Shown here: in pieces, positions 61,578-64,000 of the stretch
Layout: each line of letters starts with the position of its first letter
How positions within the stretch are numbered: position 1 is the stretch's first letter
Source: Octopus vulgaris
Taxonomy: Eukaryota
Assembly (NCBI GenBank): GCA_951406725.2
Contig: OX597817.1
Span: 31,744,001-31,808,000 of the forward strand
Direction of reading: 5' to 3'
DNA: 64,000 nucleotides
The notes under the pieces: generated by a model
Seen by the model: the letters and a program-made list of their open reading frames with translations, nothing else
What the model was told of the DNA's origin: nothing
Databases searched by the model: none
Made by a program: the position numbers and the translations under genes

Positions 61578-62706
61578 GCCAATGGTTTTCAAACTGTCAA
61601 AGTCTCCTCACACAATCATGCTCTTAATTAAGTTTTCTCTTCGTCTCCACCTTTATTAATGACAAAACAAAATAACGTCTATTAATTACTAAATTCAACC
61701 AATCGTAAGTGTGTTTCCAACCCCTTAGACTACTGTAAACGTCTCCCAAAATCATTTCGTATGGATGACAAACGCTAAAAAAAAGTATTGAAATTATATT
61801 ATCGGTTGGCGAAATTTGTCAACAGGCCAGCTGATGGCACTAGCATATCACGTGATTTCATTGTGTAGCGGTTCATCAGCAGCAGCTAGCCAAGCCGAGT
61901 ACCAAGCAGAAAATCAAATTAACATAGAATAACGCTGACCAAACAGCCAGTAATGTCGCGAAAAGCTGGCTGGGTGTGTATAAATTAGCTATTAATGACA
62001 GAAGCAGCTTTTGTAAAGAATGTTAATTAGCACATCCGACCTAACTTGAAAGTGTTGCTTATAACAACTTCTGTAAACGTCCCGAAAAATCAATTCTAAG
62101 AATCGATCAAAAGTCAATCTTCGATTGTCGAAATTCAGCAGCACACAAGTAGATGGTACCTGATTTCACCATTTCGCGGATCCTCAGATGCAGCAAGCCA
62201 AACCGAAATACTTAAAACAATCTTAGTTTTTAGAACGATGACAATATAATTACCTCTTTTTCAATCCTCATACTCTTTCTATAAGTGAAACTCTTTTACT
62301 CCATTTGAGCTTAATTAGAAAAAGTCTGGTTAAATTGGGGATACATCCACCATGACAACAACCTCTGAAATAATAAGCCCTATGCCAATACACGACCGAG
62401 ACAGCCCATAGATGGCCACTCAGCAGCTAGAAATTTAAAATTCTCTTTACAATCTTTGAAACATAGAAAGTTGCTAAAGGGATGAGGAATCTTGTGTAAA
62501 AGTCTTCTAATGTAGAATCAGGTTGATCAATATCTAGTGAGTAAAATTCTGTAGACAGAAGTTTTGTAGAAACTTGTTGTATGCATGCGTGTATTTGTTT
62601 GTTTTGTGTGTGTATGTATGACTGTGTGTATGAGGTTATAAGAGATAATGGTGTCATTGAGACCCAAAGGTGTCAGGTAATGCTGAATAAGTGCGATAGA
62701 CACACC

Positions 62707-62758
62707 GTCTCCGATGAAGGGATATTATTAATTAATATCCTAGAAACAGCTGTAAGAC
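62707..62758 (+). ncRNA. Type I hammerhead motif with variant core CCGAUGA, in repeat 62632-62828
   Basis: Stem I gtct/agac; CCGAUGA 62711; stem II ggatatta..taatatcc; GAAA 62743; palindromic stem III ACAGCUGU; GUA site 62754; flanks also present at 43708-43781 and 43907-43958. Confidence 0.7.
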
Positions 62759-64000
62759 CCTCTATCTATAAATGCTCTAATATCTATACAGCCTTGGTTT
62801 TTTTTTATCTCATTACGCAAAAAATTCTGACTGTGTGTATGTATATGTGTATGCATTGAAGAACATTCGTCCTTACCAAAGAAATATGTTAACTTCTGTT
62901 CAAATAAAATAGGGAAGCGGCGTAATGAAATGTTATTTATCAATATTCATTCATCAACTATAAAACTCAATTAACAACAGCCACTTACATTATTCTTTAT
63001 GCACAATACTTACCTACTTTTGTACGCGAAAAGATATTGCATTTCTGAGCGTGTGAGTTAAATAACTGAATGCGTGACGCATTTTCCTTCGGTTTTTAGA
63101 CAGCCAATAAAGTTTCTATGTCTATTAAAGATTTTCAAAAACTTTTGCTTATATATTAATACGCTACTCCTCTATTTCAGTCGTTCGAGCAATCTATTAT
63201 TTCAAACACAGTTATGATTCAAAATGTGTCCTCTTCTATTAATATATGCCTGCGTACATGTGGGTATCCGTGTACCTGTATTTATATATACAGGTGTAAA
63301 ACATCCGTGAACCACGCTCCGTCACGCCAAATAGGTTAAACATAGACTGTGTTAAACAAGTATATAAAATAAGCACCAGAGAAAGATAAGAACTTGAACT
63401 TAAACGAATGATTAAAATACTCGATCGTTCATATTAATCTCGCTTCATATTAATTTGTCTACAGTCATATTAATTTGGCAACAGTCAAATTAATATGAGA
63501 ATTAATATGGCTGAGGTCAAATGGTTGAATTAGTAAAGAAGACCAGAAAAAAGAGTCTGTGACAAATTGTGCCTGAAAAGATAGGATGGTCACGGTTATA
63601 ATTCCTCTGATTATAGTTATATATTCGATTAGGGCTGACGAGATATTAGACAATGACAATTGAAATGATGGTCTTAAATGGAGGAGTGTTATAGTTTATT
63701 AAGGTTGATAATTAGTCTAGATAAATCAGTTAAATTTATTACTTGATGATTGGTGAGGCAAATCTAGGTGGTTGAGAGATATTTGTTGCTGAAACAAATG
63801 TCTGGTTTAATTCCAGAAGTGTTTGTTTCGGGCTAGAAAGGTGACGATGGTATTAGTGAGAATGTCTTATATGTTCCAGAAATGGATCATGTAAACCAGG
63901 ATCTTTTCGGTTTGAACGGCAGTTTTTAACATAATGTCTAGGTAACTAAAAAAATTTAAACTTCATGTACTGGTAGAATGTGTTTATAAAACATATTTTT

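Noticed and set aside
61700-62420. Repeat-free, moderately GC-rich stretch as exon or enhancer
   Set aside because: No ORF of 60 aa or more and no recognisable motif; cannot be supported without conservation data

Overview
AT-rich, microsatellite-saturated eukaryotic DNA. The tRNA-derived SINE families and repeat landscape suggest an octopus/cephalopod genome (inference). No host protein-coding exon could be identified; nearly all listed ORFs are translations of (TA)n/(CA)n/(CATA)n/(GAAA)n repeats. Real content: a 5'-truncated RTE LINE (5181-7858, -), a 5'-truncated Penelope-like element (PLE; RT + GIY-YIG, 8231-11278, +) in (TA)n, an older PLE relic, CR1-group LINE 3' ends, mariner/Tc1 relics, non-autonomous Helitron termini and many SINEs. 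The hidden layer is RNA-structural. (1) About ten type I hammerhead ribozyme (HHR) motifs occur, one in the PLE 3' region and the rest mostly in short modules in or next to (TA)n, with recurrent non-canonical cores (CCGANGA, CUGUNGA, UUGAAGA). (2) Five fold-back (inverted) insertions look like self-primed cDNA. (3) One of these captures a nearly full-length U6 snRNA fused to the 5' end of a (TA)n-targeting retroelement, with the fold-back microhomology still visible. All folds and alignments were read by eye, not computed.
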